Shown one piece after another: positions 35,688-44,381 of a stretch of DNA of 45,231 nt; position 1 is the stretch's first letter; every line of letters starts with the position of its first letter. Both the position numbers and the translations under genes were made by a program. Source of the DNA: Kiritimatiellia bacterium. GTDB lineage: Bacteria > Verrucomicrobiota > Kiritimatiellia > RFP12 > DVOR01. Below the pieces are notes generated by a model. It saw nothing but the letters and a program-made list of their open reading frames with translations, was not told the origin of the DNA and made no database searches. Location: positions 1-45,231 of the forward strand of contig JAXFQS010000077.1 of NCBI GenBank assembly GCA_034178815.1. The letters run 5' to 3'.

Positions 35688-36188
35688 ATGAGCAACCCTC
35701 TTGTTGCATTAGTGATGGGAAGCGACTCGGATTGGCCGGTCGTCCAAAAGGCGGCAGCGGTGCTGAAGGAGTTCGAGATTCCCTTCGAGGTGCGCGTGCT
35801 TTCGGCGCACAGAACCCCCATCCAGGCGGCGGAATATGCGCGCACGGCAGAGGAACGCGGGCTGCGCGTGCTGGTTGCTGCGGCTGGTTTAGCGGCTCAT
35901 CTGGGCGGGGTACTGGCGGCTCATACGGTTCTGCCGGTGATTGGGCTTCCCTGCGCAGGCGGGCCGCTTAATGGTCTGGATGCGTTGTATGCGACGGTAC
36001 AGATGCCCGGCGGCGTTCCGGTCGCGACGGTAGGGGTTGGGAATGCGACCAACGCGGGGCTTTTGGCGGTTCAGATTTTGGCTACGGCAGATGCTGCTTT
36101 ACGGGCGCGCCTCGCCGACTACAAACTCAAGATGGCGGATAAGGTCGCCGCCAAGGATGCGGCCTTGCAGAAACAGTTGGGAGAATAG
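35688..36188 (+). CDS. purE: N5-carboxyaminoimidazole ribonucleotide mutase
   Basis: The start is taken at [24 protein letters not shown] and GVPVATV motifs. About 166 aa. Confidence 0.9.
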   Translation: MSNPLVALVMGSDSDWPVVQKAAAVLKEFEIPFEVRVLSAHRTPIQAAEYARTAEERGLRVLVAAAGLAAHLGGVLAAHTVLPVIGLPCAGGPLNGLDALYATVQMPGGVPVATVGVGNATNAGLLAVQILATADAALRARLADYKLKMADKVAAKDAALQKQLGE

Positions 36189-36191
36189 CAA

Positions 36192-36875
36192 ATGGCGTTG
36201 AACATTGTCGAGCAGATTGACAATCCGGTGCAGATCAAGCATGTGTTGATGTCAGTGTCAGACAAGACGGGGCTGGACACTTTCGTTCCGGCTCTCTTGG
36301 ACGCCTGTCCTGGGGTGAAACTCTACTCGACGGGCGGCACTTTCGCGGCGCTTCAGAAGATTCTCACGCCCGATCAGCAAAAGCAGCAGCTTGTCGCGGT
36401 CTCGGACTATACGGGCCAGCCGGAGATGCAAGGGGGCTTGGTCAAGACGCTCGATTTCAAGATTTACCTCGGGCTCTTGAGCGAGACCTACAACCCGTCG
36501 CACCAGCAGGATCTGGCGCGGACTGCGGGCGTGGCGATTGATATGGTGGTTGTCAATCTCTACCCCTTCAAGCAGACAATCGCAAAGCCGGATGTCACGC
36601 CGGAGATGGCGCGTACCAATATCGACATCGGCGGGCCCTGCATGGTCCGGGCCTCGGCGAAGAACTATCTGCGTGTGGCTTCGGTGACCGATCCGGCGGA
36701 CTATGCGGGTCTGGCCGAGGAACTGAAAGCCAACAAGGGCCGGCTCGGTTTGGCGACGCGCTTCCGCCTGATGCGCAAGGCGTTCGCCCACACGGCTTCG
36801 TACGACACGGCGATTGCGACCTTCTTTGGTTCGACGGACTTTTCCGCCGTTGCATCCTGCTACAAGTTCGACTAG
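36192..36875 (+). CDS. purH: IMP cyclohydrolase (MGS-like) domain protein; PurH N-terminal domain only
   Basis: SVSDKTG, STGGT, VVVNLYPF, NIDIGGPCMVRASAKN and AFAHTASYD align to the PurH IMPCH domain and linker. The frame ends at TAG 36873-36875 with no AICAR transformylase domain. Confidence 0.8.
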   Translation: MALNIVEQIDNPVQIKHVLMSVSDKTGLDTFVPALLDACPGVKLYSTGGTFAALQKILTPDQQKQQLVAVSDYTGQPEMQGGLVKTLDFKIYLGLLSETYNPSHQQDLARTAGVAIDMVVVNLYPFKQTIAKPDVTPEMARTNIDIGGPCMVRASAKNYLRVASVTDPADYAGLAEELKANKGRLGLATRFRLMRKAFAHTASYDTAIATFFGSTDFSAVASCYKFD

Positions 36876-36876
36876 C

Positions 36877-37692
36877 GTGAAGGCCGACCTCCACACCCAC
36901 TCGACGGCCTCCGACGGCACCGACTCGCCGGCTGAGTTGGCTCGCAAGGGGCGGGCGGCCGGGCTGGAGGTGATGGCTTTGACCGACCACGACACCCTCG
37001 ACGGAACGCCGGACTTTCTCCAAGCGTTTGGTTCGGGTGGTCTGGCGGGCATCGAGGTCTGCGCCCCGTCTCCGAAAGGAAGTCTCCATCTGGTCGGGCT
37101 TGGGGTGAATGGCGGGTACGCCCCCTTGCTGGAGGCGTTGGCTTGGGTGCGGGGTCAGCGGAAGCAACGCGCCGCAACGATGCTTGAGCGTATTCAAGAG
37201 CAGCGGATAGACATCTCCTTGGACGAAGTGTTGCAATATGTCGGCCCCGGAGGTGTCTTGGCGCGGCCCCATTTCGCCCGCACCTTGATGGAAAAGGGGT
37301 ATGTATCTTCCATCGCCGAGGCTTTCGAGCGTTATCTTGGCGCTGGGAAACCTTGCTATGTGCCGAACGAGCATCTGCCATCAAAGGAGTACATCGACCT
37401 CTTCCACCAGGCGGGCGGGGTTGCGATTTTGGCGCATCCCTACTTCTGGTCGGAAAATCCGGACGAACTCGCCGCAGGAGTCGCCCGCCTCCAGTCGGAA
37501 GGGCTGGACGCGCTTGAGGCCTACTACACCGGCTACGGCCAGGGGCAGGTTCTGGATCTGTTGCACCTCGCCAACCGTTTCCACCTTGCCGTCTCAATCG
37601 GCTCCGACTACCACGGTCTGAACAAACCATCCGTCCATCTCGGCGCCCTTCCCGACACCGAATGCGTGACGGTCTTGGATCTGCTCAAATGA
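36877..37692 (+). CDS. PHP-domain metal-dependent phosphoesterase (TrpH/YciV-like)
   Basis: GTG 36877 lies 1 nt after the upstream stop. VKADLHTHSTASDG, ALTDHD and LAHP motifs. Confidence 0.8.
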   Translation: MKADLHTHSTASDGTDSPAELARKGRAAGLEVMALTDHDTLDGTPDFLQAFGSGGLAGIEVCAPSPKGSLHLVGLGVNGGYAPLLEALAWVRGQRKQRAATMLERIQEQRIDISLDEVLQYVGPGGVLARPHFARTLMEKGYVSSIAEAFERYLGAGKPCYVPNEHLPSKEYIDLFHQAGGVAILAHPYFWSENPDELAAGVARLQSEGLDALEAYYTGYGQGQVLDLLHLANRFHLAVSIGSDYHGLNKPSVHLGALPDTECVTVLDLLK

Positions 37693-38567
37693 ACCCCAAG
37701 GTCGGGTTAGCTCTCGGTAGCGGCGGCGCACGCGGGTGGGCGCATCTGGGCGCCCTGCGCAGGCTCGACGAGTTGGGCTTCAAGCCTCATTGCATCTGCG
37801 GAGCCAGCATCGGGGCGCTCGTTGGAGCCATCTATTCTGCCGGACATTTCCAGGCTCTCGAACAGGTTGCCGCGACCTTTGGCTGGCGCAACTGGGCAGA
37901 CCTCTTCCTCGATCCGGCCTTCATTGCCCCCGGACTGCTGGCCGGAGACCGGGTCGTAGACTTCCTGCGCCGCCCGGATTTGCTCGGCGATGGAACCCTC
38001 TGCAAAATTCCATTCTCCGCCGCCGCCACCAACCTCCAGACCGGACTGCCGCACCACTTCCCGCCGGAGACCAACGCGCTCGACGCCGTTCGCGCCTCCA
38101 TCGCCATCCCAGTCGTCTTTTCCCCCCATACCGTCGACGGACAAATCTATATCGACGGGGGGCTGACCGACCCCTTGCCCATCGACGCGTGCAGGCTCCT
38201 CGGGGCCGAACGCGTGGTCGCCATCGACATCAACCTCAACGCAGCGGTCTCCGACACGCCTACCGCTCAGGACGAACGCCCCTCGCCCTGGCATCGCCTG
38301 ATGGAAAAGGTTCTGCCACACCCCTTCGCAGACAGCACAACGCCCGCCACGCTCTTTCGCGTCATGTCCGCCACCGTGCGCCTGATGGAAAATGTCGTGA
38401 GCCGCGCCGCCATAGCCCTCCAGCAACCCGATGTGCTCATTCAGCCCGCTGTCGGACAGTTTCATATGCTCGCCTTCAAAGAGGCCCGCTTGCCCGCAAT
38501 CCAAGCCGGCTATGATGCCGTTTGCGCCGCCGAGCCACGCCTCCGCGACCACGGTATGATTGCTTGA
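37689..38567 (+). CDS. Patatin-like phospholipase (RssA-like)
   Basis: ATG 37689 overlaps the PHP stop (ATGA). Oxyanion GSGGARG, nucleophile GASIG and the Asp of the dyad in IDGGL. Confidence 0.85.
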   Translation: MNPKVGLALGSGGARGWAHLGALRRLDELGFKPHCICGASIGALVGAIYSAGHFQALEQVAATFGWRNWADLFLDPAFIAPGLLAGDRVVDFLRRPDLLGDGTLCKIPFSAAATNLQTGLPHHFPPETNALDAVRASIAIPVVFSPHTVDGQIYIDGGLTDPLPIDACRLLGAERVVAIDINLNAAVSDTPTAQDERPSPWHRLMEKVLPHPFADSTTPATLFRVMSATVRLMENVVSRAAIALQQPDVLIQPAVGQFHMLAFKEARLPAIQAGYDAVCAAEPRLRDHGMIA

Positions 38568-38692
38568 CTGCGGGACATTGCCCACGCCCTGCCCTCCTAT
38601 ACACCGACGCTTTCCCCCGAACCTGAGTAAAAAGAACATCCTTGGCGGGGCAAAAACAAAAAGCCGGCAGCCTATATTCCCTAGGAGTAAAC

Positions 38693-39208
38693 ATGAAAAT
38701 TTCTGAACATCTGAAATTGTTTTGCATTCTTGCCCTATCTTTTTTTGCGACAGGGTGCATATTTCCACTACCACACACACGGATTGTTCGCCCTAAATGC
38801 GAAGGTGTTGTTTCCGACGTTATTACAGGTAAACCTATTTCAAATGCGACAGTCGAAGTAGTTTATGAATGCGGGACAAATATTATTACGCATACGGATT
38901 CCTCCGGTCGCTGGATGATTCCTGGCGAAACATCTTGGCACGCTGTTTTCATTGCTGCTCCCCCGACGCGGATTTCTTTATTGCCACGTTTTGAAGGAAC
39001 TCATTTTCCTTGCGAGATAACAATCGAGGCCGATGGGTATGACAAATGGGAATGGGTATCTTGGGTAGATAAAGATACAATAGATATGCTTTCTAAACCA
39101 ATTGACGGGCCAACAGATATCCCCCCTATTGTCGATCCCGAAAACGCACGACTAAAACCTAAGGGTGAAGTAAAATATGGCATTGAGATGGGATGTGAAG
39201 ATAAGTAG
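38693..39208 (+). CDS. Small lipoprotein with carboxypeptidase-regulatory-like (CarboxypepD_reg) beta-sandwich segment
   Basis: AGGAG (38684-38688) then ATG 38693. Lipobox FATGC. GVVSDVITGKPISNATVEVV...TDSSGRW pattern. The DNA is visibly AT-richer than all flanking genes. Confidence 0.6.
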   Translation: MKISEHLKLFCILALSFFATGCIFPLPHTRIVRPKCEGVVSDVITGKPISNATVEVVYECGTNIITHTDSSGRWMIPGETSWHAVFIAAPPTRISLLPRFEGTHFPCEITIEADGYDKWEWVSWVDKDTIDMLSKPIDGPTDIPPIVDPENARLKPKGEVKYGIEMGCEDK

Positions 39209-39440
39209 CAGAACTAGACGAATCTGCAAATTGTGATCAATTTACGCCAAGGGTGGAGCATTAACCTCACGGACGCGACAATAATTGACTCACTGGAGCA
39301 AGGGCGAAACGCATCTCTATTTTGAGCATATTGCCAAACGATGTGTTCAACAAATGAACAGAGAACCGTCAAAACCCTACCAAACGACCTTGGCACACAC
39401 TTTGCAGGAGAGGTTGAACCATACTCTTTTTCTGCACACT

Positions 39441-41768
39441 ATGACCGATACTGACCATACCTTGCTGGCGCACAGCAGCCCCAACGGTCCCTTAGGCACG
39501 GGACAAAGCCTTCAAGAGCATAGCCGCAATACCGCGCGCCTTTGCGCTGAATTCGCAGCGGCCTTTGGCGCCCCGAGAATCGGAGAGTTGATTGGAGCCG
39601 TCCACGATCTTGGAAAAGCCTCCAGTGCCTTTCAAGCCTACATCCGCCGTTGCGGCGACTGTGAAGAAGCCCTCGGCAACCGTACCTCTGGGCACGGCCC
39701 AGACCACTCCACCGCCGGCGCTCGTTGGCTCGACACCTCGACCGCCTTGCTAGGGCTGGGACGATTGCTGGCCTACATTGTCGCGGGACACCATGCAGGA
39801 CTGCCCAATGGTCATGACGACAAACCAAGTTCCCTGGAGCGTCGACTGGACACAGCCCATCGCATAGAACCGATTGCCGACTATAAGCCCGAAGTACCTG
39901 ACCTCCAACCCCTCAAGGATACCTTTGCCAAGGAGTTCGCCCCGCTCTGTCAAGGAAGCGATTCGCTTGCTTTCTCGATTTCATTCGCCTTGAGAATGCT
40001 CTACTCCTGCCTCGTCGATGCCGACTTTCTCGATACCGAAGCCTTTATGGATGCCGCACGGGCCCAAGCACGCGTGACGTGCCCCTATGCGACTCTCGAA
40101 GCACTCGCCCAACGCCTCGAATCGTACTACGGCGAACTGGACAAAGGGAGCAAAGCCACCCAACGCTGGGATGAACCGATTATGGTCATTCGGCGCGAAA
40201 TACGCGAAGATTGTCTTGCCTCAGCCGACTCCAATCCGGGGCTATTCTCGCTTCAAGTCCCCACCGGAGGAGGGAAAACCCTCGCCTCCATACGGTTCGC
40301 GCTTCACCACGCCATCCGCAACAACCAACACCGCATTGTTTTGGTCATTCCCTACACGACCATTATCGAACAAACCGCCCAGATTTACCGTGACATCTTC
40401 GGCAGCGAGAATGTACTGGAGGTGCACAGTGCCGTCGACCCCGAGCGCGAAACCTCAACCTCCAAACTCGTCGCGGAGAACTGGGCAGCGCCCATCGTTG
40501 TCACCACCAATGTTCAGTTCTTCGAATCCCTCCTCACCCACCGCAGCTCCAAAGCGCGCAAACTCCATAATCTCGCCGAATCCGTCATTATTCTAGACGA
40601 GGCGCAAGGGATTCCGTTGGGAACGCTCAAGCCCTGCCTGATGTGCATCAAGGAACTCTACACGCATTACCGATCCACCATCGTGCTATCGACCGCCACC
40701 CTGCCAGTCTTCTTCGACAAAGTTCTGCTCAAATCTGCCGCTCTTGCCGATGACAGCCATCCCGTGCGGGCAATCGTTTCGCCCGAACGCCGCCTACCGG
40801 AGCGCATGAAACGGGTCGAGGCTGTTCTATTCAAGGAGGCGTTGACGCTAGAGGAGTTGGCCGCCAAGGTGGCAGATGAGCGGCAGGTGCTCGTTGTAGT
40901 CAACACGCGAGCCCGCGCCAAAGAGTTGCACGCCCTGCTGCGCACAACCGCCCCCGAAGCCAACTGCCTCCACCTCAGCGGAAATATGTGTGGCGAGCAT
41001 CGAACCCAAGTGCTCCACCGCGCCAGAGAATTGTTGCAAATTGGGGCCCCCTGCATCCTGGTATCCACCCAACTCATAGAAGCAGGCGTCGATATTGATT
41101 TCCCTTGCGTCTGGCGCGAGATTGCCGGCGTCGACTCTATCGTGCAGGCTGCAGGCCGTTGCAACCGAGAGGGGAAAATCCCTTGTGGCCGAGTCGTTAT
41201 CTTCCAGGTTTGCGGAGAGAAAAAGCTCCCCGGCGAACTGGGACGGACGGTGGCGCTCGGCAAGGAGACGCTCGAACTCAAGGAGTTTCAGAATAGCCCA
41301 CTATCCTCCGATTGCGTCGAGCGCTATTTCACCCTCTCCTATGCCGACGGTAAAGGTGTTCTTGGCCGTGATTACCTCGATCGGCACGATATCCGAGGCA
41401 AGTTGCAGCCGCGAAATCTCCAATCCAAAGAGGATTTTCTCAACTTTATGTTCCGCGACGCGGGGGAATGTTTCAAATTGATTGACGAGCACACGACCTC
41501 CCTCATCGTGCCCTTCGACCCAAAGAGCACCTTGCTCTGCGAAGCCCTCCGCCAAGCGTGGGAACCAGCAAAACAGAGGCATCTCGTCCGCAAACTTCAG
41601 CGCTATACCATCTCCGTCTACGGCGACAATGGTCCACTCGACGACACGGGTTGCCCCATCGCTGAACTTGTCCATGAACGCTACTGGGTGCTGACCTCAC
41701 CTGAGTTACACTATTCCCAGGATTACGGTCTTCTGAAAACCGGCAACGCCTCCGGTCTCTTCGCTTAA
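39441..41768 (+). CDS. cas3: CRISPR-associated helicase/nuclease Cas3 (HD + SF2 helicase), type I-C context
   Basis: The start is taken at MTDTDHTLLAHSSP. HD motifs LQEHS...VHDLGK...GHHAGL. Helicase motif I VPTGGGKT, motif II ILDEAQ, motif VI QAAGRCNREG. The upstream TTG/ATG alternatives (39285, 39354) add non-homologous residues. Confidence 0.9.
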   Translation: MTDTDHTLLAHSSPNGPLGTGQSLQEHSRNTARLCAEFAAAFGAPRIGELIGAVHDLGKASSAFQAYIRRCGDCEEALGNRTSGHGPDHSTAGARWLDTSTALLGLGRLLAYIVAGHHAGLPNGHDDKPSSLERRLDTAHRIEPIADYKPEVPDLQPLKDTFAKEFAPLCQGSDSLAFSISFALRMLYSCLVDADFLDTEAFMDAARAQARVTCPYATLEALAQRLESYYGELDKGSKATQRWDEPIMVIRREIREDCLASADSNPGLFSLQVPTGGGKTLASIRFALHHAIRNNQHRIVLVIPYTTIIEQTAQIYRDIFGSENVLEVHSAVDPERETSTSKLVAENWAAPIVVTTNVQFFESLLTHRSSKARKLHNLAESVIILDEAQGIPLGTLKPCLMCIKELYTHYRSTIVLSTATLPVFFDKVLLKSAALADDSHPVRAIVSPERRLPERMKRVEAVLFKEALTLEELAAKVADERQVLVVVNTRARAKELHALLRTTAPEANCLHLSGNMCGEHRTQVLHRARELLQIGAPCILVSTQLIEAGVDIDFPCVWREIAGVDSIVQAAGRCNREGKIPCGRVVIFQVCGEKKLPGELGRTVALGKETLELKEFQNSPLSSDCVERYFTLSYADGKGVLGRDYLDRHDIRGKLQPRNLQSKEDFLNFMFRDAGECFKLIDEHTTSLIVPFDPKSTLLCEALRQAWEPAKQRHLVRKLQRYTISVYGDNGPLDDTGCPIAELVHERYWVLTSPELHYSQDYGLLKTGNASGLFA

Positions 41769-41787
41769 ACAACAGGAACACAACACC

Positions 41788-42540
41788 ATGAGCAAAGGCA
41801 TCATACTCCATGTCTGGGGCGACTACGCCCTCTTCACGCGACCAGAGATGAAGGCTGAGCGCGTCTCGTACGATGTGATGACACCGTCTGCCGCGCGTGC
41901 CATCGTCTCGGCCATCTACTGGAAACCCCAAATCGAATGGGTAGTCGACCGCATCCATGTGCTCAAGCCCATCCGGTGGACTTCTGTGCGCCGCAACGAG
42001 GTCTCCGAGCGTATGCTTCCGCCCGCCGCGGCGGAACTCATGCGCTCTTCGCAAGGCGAGCCGATTGCCTGGCAAGGGTTTTGTTGCGACACGGCGCGCC
42101 AGCAACGCGCCTCGTTGTTGCTGACCGATGTCGGATACCTTATTGAGGCGCACTTCAATGTTCTCGACTGCCGGCTCAACCGCAACGACGACAAACCGGT
42201 ATCCCTTGAGGAGTGCGAAGCGAAGCACATCAGCATTTTCAATCGCCGCGCCAAGGAGGGACAGTACTTCAGCCAGCCCTACTTTGGTTGCCGCGAGTTT
42301 CCCGCATCCTTCCGTCTCATTGAGGCCGGCGGCGACCTTCCGCCGTGCGAACTCGAAGAGAAAGACCGCGACTTCGGGTATATGCTCCATGATATGGTCT
42401 ATCGCCCGGACAAGAAGGGCGCCATTATCGACGCGCATACCAAGCAGAAACTCACCGCGGAACCCCATTTCTTCCGCGCCGTGATGAAGAACGGCGTTAT
42501 TGATATTCCCCCTCTCGACTCCAAGGAGGCCCGCTCATGA
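41788..42540 (+). CDS. cas5: Cas5c/Cas5d (type I-C pre-crRNA endoribonuclease subunit)
   Basis: The N-terminus LHVWGDYALFTRPEMKAERVSYDVMTPSAARAI...IYWKP is the hallmark Cas5d signature. Confidence 0.9.
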   Translation: MSKGIILHVWGDYALFTRPEMKAERVSYDVMTPSAARAIVSAIYWKPQIEWVVDRIHVLKPIRWTSVRRNEVSERMLPPAAAELMRSSQGEPIAWQGFCCDTARQQRASLLLTDVGYLIEAHFNVLDCRLNRNDDKPVSLEECEAKHISIFNRRAKEGQYFSQPYFGCREFPASFRLIEAGGDLPPCELEEKDRDFGYMLHDMVYRPDKKGAIIDAHTKQKLTAEPHFFRAVMKNGVIDIPPLDSKEARS

Positions 42541-43853
42541 TTCTCGCCGAACTCGTCAAACTCTACGACCGGCTCGCCCAGGATGAGCATTACAGAGAAG
42601 TCCTGCCGCAGAGTGGCTACAGCGTCCAAAAAATCTCATTCGAGGTTGTCATCGACAGAAACGGGACCCTGAAGGCTATTAACGATCTCTCCACTGACAA
42701 AGCCCCTCGCTCATTGATTGTCTGTGGGGGCGCGCATCCAAGCGGTTCTGCCGCAACACCCCGGCTTCTCTGGGATTCTGATGCCTATATTTTCGGATAC
42801 TTTCACAAAGGTGCACAGAAGAGTAGCAGGGAGCAGCAGAAGGCTCGCGAAATTCTGTTTCCTGCCTACCGGCAGTACCACCTGGATTTTCTCGCGCGGC
42901 ACAAACTTGAGGAGACGCCGCTTCATGCTGTCTGCAACTTCTTGCAAAAATGGAATCCAGAATCGATTGACGAGGATACCAAGCAATTGATCGACAAAGT
43001 ATGCACCAATTTCGGTCTGTTCAGGATAGCAGGCGATACCCATTATGTCTATGAAGATAAGGCAATCCTATCAGCATGGGACGAAGAGCGGCTGGCTGCA
43101 GACGGAGCCAACGCGATACGGGGAGAATGTCTTATTACAGGTGAACGCAATGTCCCGCTCTCTCGAACCGTGGAGACCAAAATCAAACTTCCCGGGACTT
43201 CCGTAGGCGGAGGCGCAATCGTGTCTTTCAACTCAAAGGCGTTTACATCCTATGGGAAAGAGCAGACTTTCAACTCGCCCATATCCGTAGATGCGGGATT
43301 CAAATCGCACAATGCGCTCAACTTCCTTTTGGGAAATGACAACTTCAAGACACGATTGGGCGATACAACCGCTCTATTCTGGACGGAAAAGCGCAGCCCC
43401 GTCGAGAACAGCCTCCCCTGGCTGATTAGTGCGGAAACACCGACTGAAGAATCCGAATTGGACGAAGCCACGCGAGGACATCTCAAGGACTATTTCGAAA
43501 TCATTCGGAAGGGCAGCCCCATCGATGTCATACACGAAGAACTCGCCACACGATATTTCGTTCTCGGAATAGCCCCCAATTCAGCCCGCATCACAATCAA
43601 ATTCTGGCACACCGAAACCCTTGGGACGCTGCTCAAGCGACTCCAGAAACATCACGAAGCCCTAGCCATTGAACGCCAGTCGGAAAATATGCCAATCGAG
43701 ATTCCGCTCTGGAAAATCCTGCTGACAACCGCCCGCGAGCCAAAGGACATTCCGCCGTTGCTCCCCTCGGCATTGCTCCGCAGCATAACCGAAGACCAAC
43801 CCTACCCAATCTCGCTCTATCAACTGCTTTTGAACCGCATCAATGTCTCTTGA
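42537..43853 (+). CDS. cas8c: Cas8c (Csd1) large subunit, N-terminal 438 codons, ending at an in-frame TGA
   Basis: ATGA overlap with cas5c. The N-terminus MILAELVKLYDRL...YSVQKISFEVVID is Csd1-like. The same frame continues without any other stop to 44351, giving 604 codons, the normal Cas8c size. Confidence 0.8.
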   Translation: MILAELVKLYDRLAQDEHYREVLPQSGYSVQKISFEVVIDRNGTLKAINDLSTDKAPRSLIVCGGAHPSGSAATPRLLWDSDAYIFGYFHKGAQKSSREQQKAREILFPAYRQYHLDFLARHKLEETPLHAVCNFLQKWNPESIDEDTKQLIDKVCTNFGLFRIAGDTHYVYEDKAILSAWDEERLAADGANAIRGECLITGERNVPLSRTVETKIKLPGTSVGGGAIVSFNSKAFTSYGKEQTFNSPISVDAGFKSHNALNFLLGNDNFKTRLGDTTALFWTEKRSPVENSLPWLISAETPTEESELDEATRGHLKDYFEIIRKGSPIDVIHEELATRYFVLGIAPNSARITIKFWHTETLGTLLKRLQKHHEALAIERQSENMPIEIPLWKILLTTAREPKDIPPLLPSALLRSITEDQPYPISLYQLLLNRINVS

Positions 43854-43958
43854 AAAGACAAAAACGGCAAGTACAAGTGCGGCTCGAAAGTCTCCTATGT
43901 CCAGGCCGCGACAATTAAAGCCATTTTAATTCGAAACTACAAGAAAGGTGAACTGACC

Positions 43959-44351
43959 ATGTCACTCAACCCCGACAACCATACCACGCCCTACCTGCTT
44001 GGGCGCCTCTTCGCGACACTCGAAAAAACGCAAGGCGACGCCCTCGGAGATGTCAATGCCGGAATCGGCGACAAGTACTACTCCTCAGCCTCCTCAACCC
44101 CGAGCATTGTCTTTCCCACACTCCTGAATCTCTTCCGCAAGCACCTTAAAAAGCTCGCGGCTGAAAACCGCGGTAAAGCCATCTTCTTTGACAAAACCGT
44201 CCAGGAGATTATAGACAACCTCAACTCCACACTAGGCTTCCCCGCCAACCTCACACTTGAAGAACGCGGCATCTTCGCCATCGGCTACTATCAGCAGATG
44301 CGCGACTTCTATCGCAAGAAAGACGACAAGCAAACAACTGAACAGAACTAA
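43959..44351 (+). CDS. cas11: Cas11c small subunit / Cas8c C-terminal helical domain
   Basis: In frame with cas8c. AAAGGTG (43944-43950) lies 8 nt before ATG 43959. 130 aa. YLLGRLFATLEKTQ...KYYSSASSTP...FPTLL...HLKKL matches the Csd1 C-terminal region. Confidence 0.7.
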   Translation: MSLNPDNHTTPYLLGRLFATLEKTQGDALGDVNAGIGDKYYSSASSTPSIVFPTLLNLFRKHLKKLAAENRGKAIFFDKTVQEIIDNLNSTLGFPANLTLEERGIFAIGYYQQMRDFYRKKDDKQTTEQN

Positions 44352-44381
44352 ACCAACCCTCACAATCAGAAAGGCTATCCC

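Noticed and set aside
39285-39440. Upstream extension of the cas3 ORF (TTG 39285 or ATG 39354)
   Set aside because: The added residues have no counterpart in Cas3 HD domains. The region is AT-rich spacer-like DNA. Homology begins right after ATG 39441 (LLAHSSP...).
43851-43853. TGA in cas8c as selenocysteine or programmed read-through
   Set aside because: I see no SECIS-like stem-loop in the ~40 nt downstream. TGA is used as a normal terminator by at least six genes in the window. A nonsense mutation or a sequencing error is more parsimonious.
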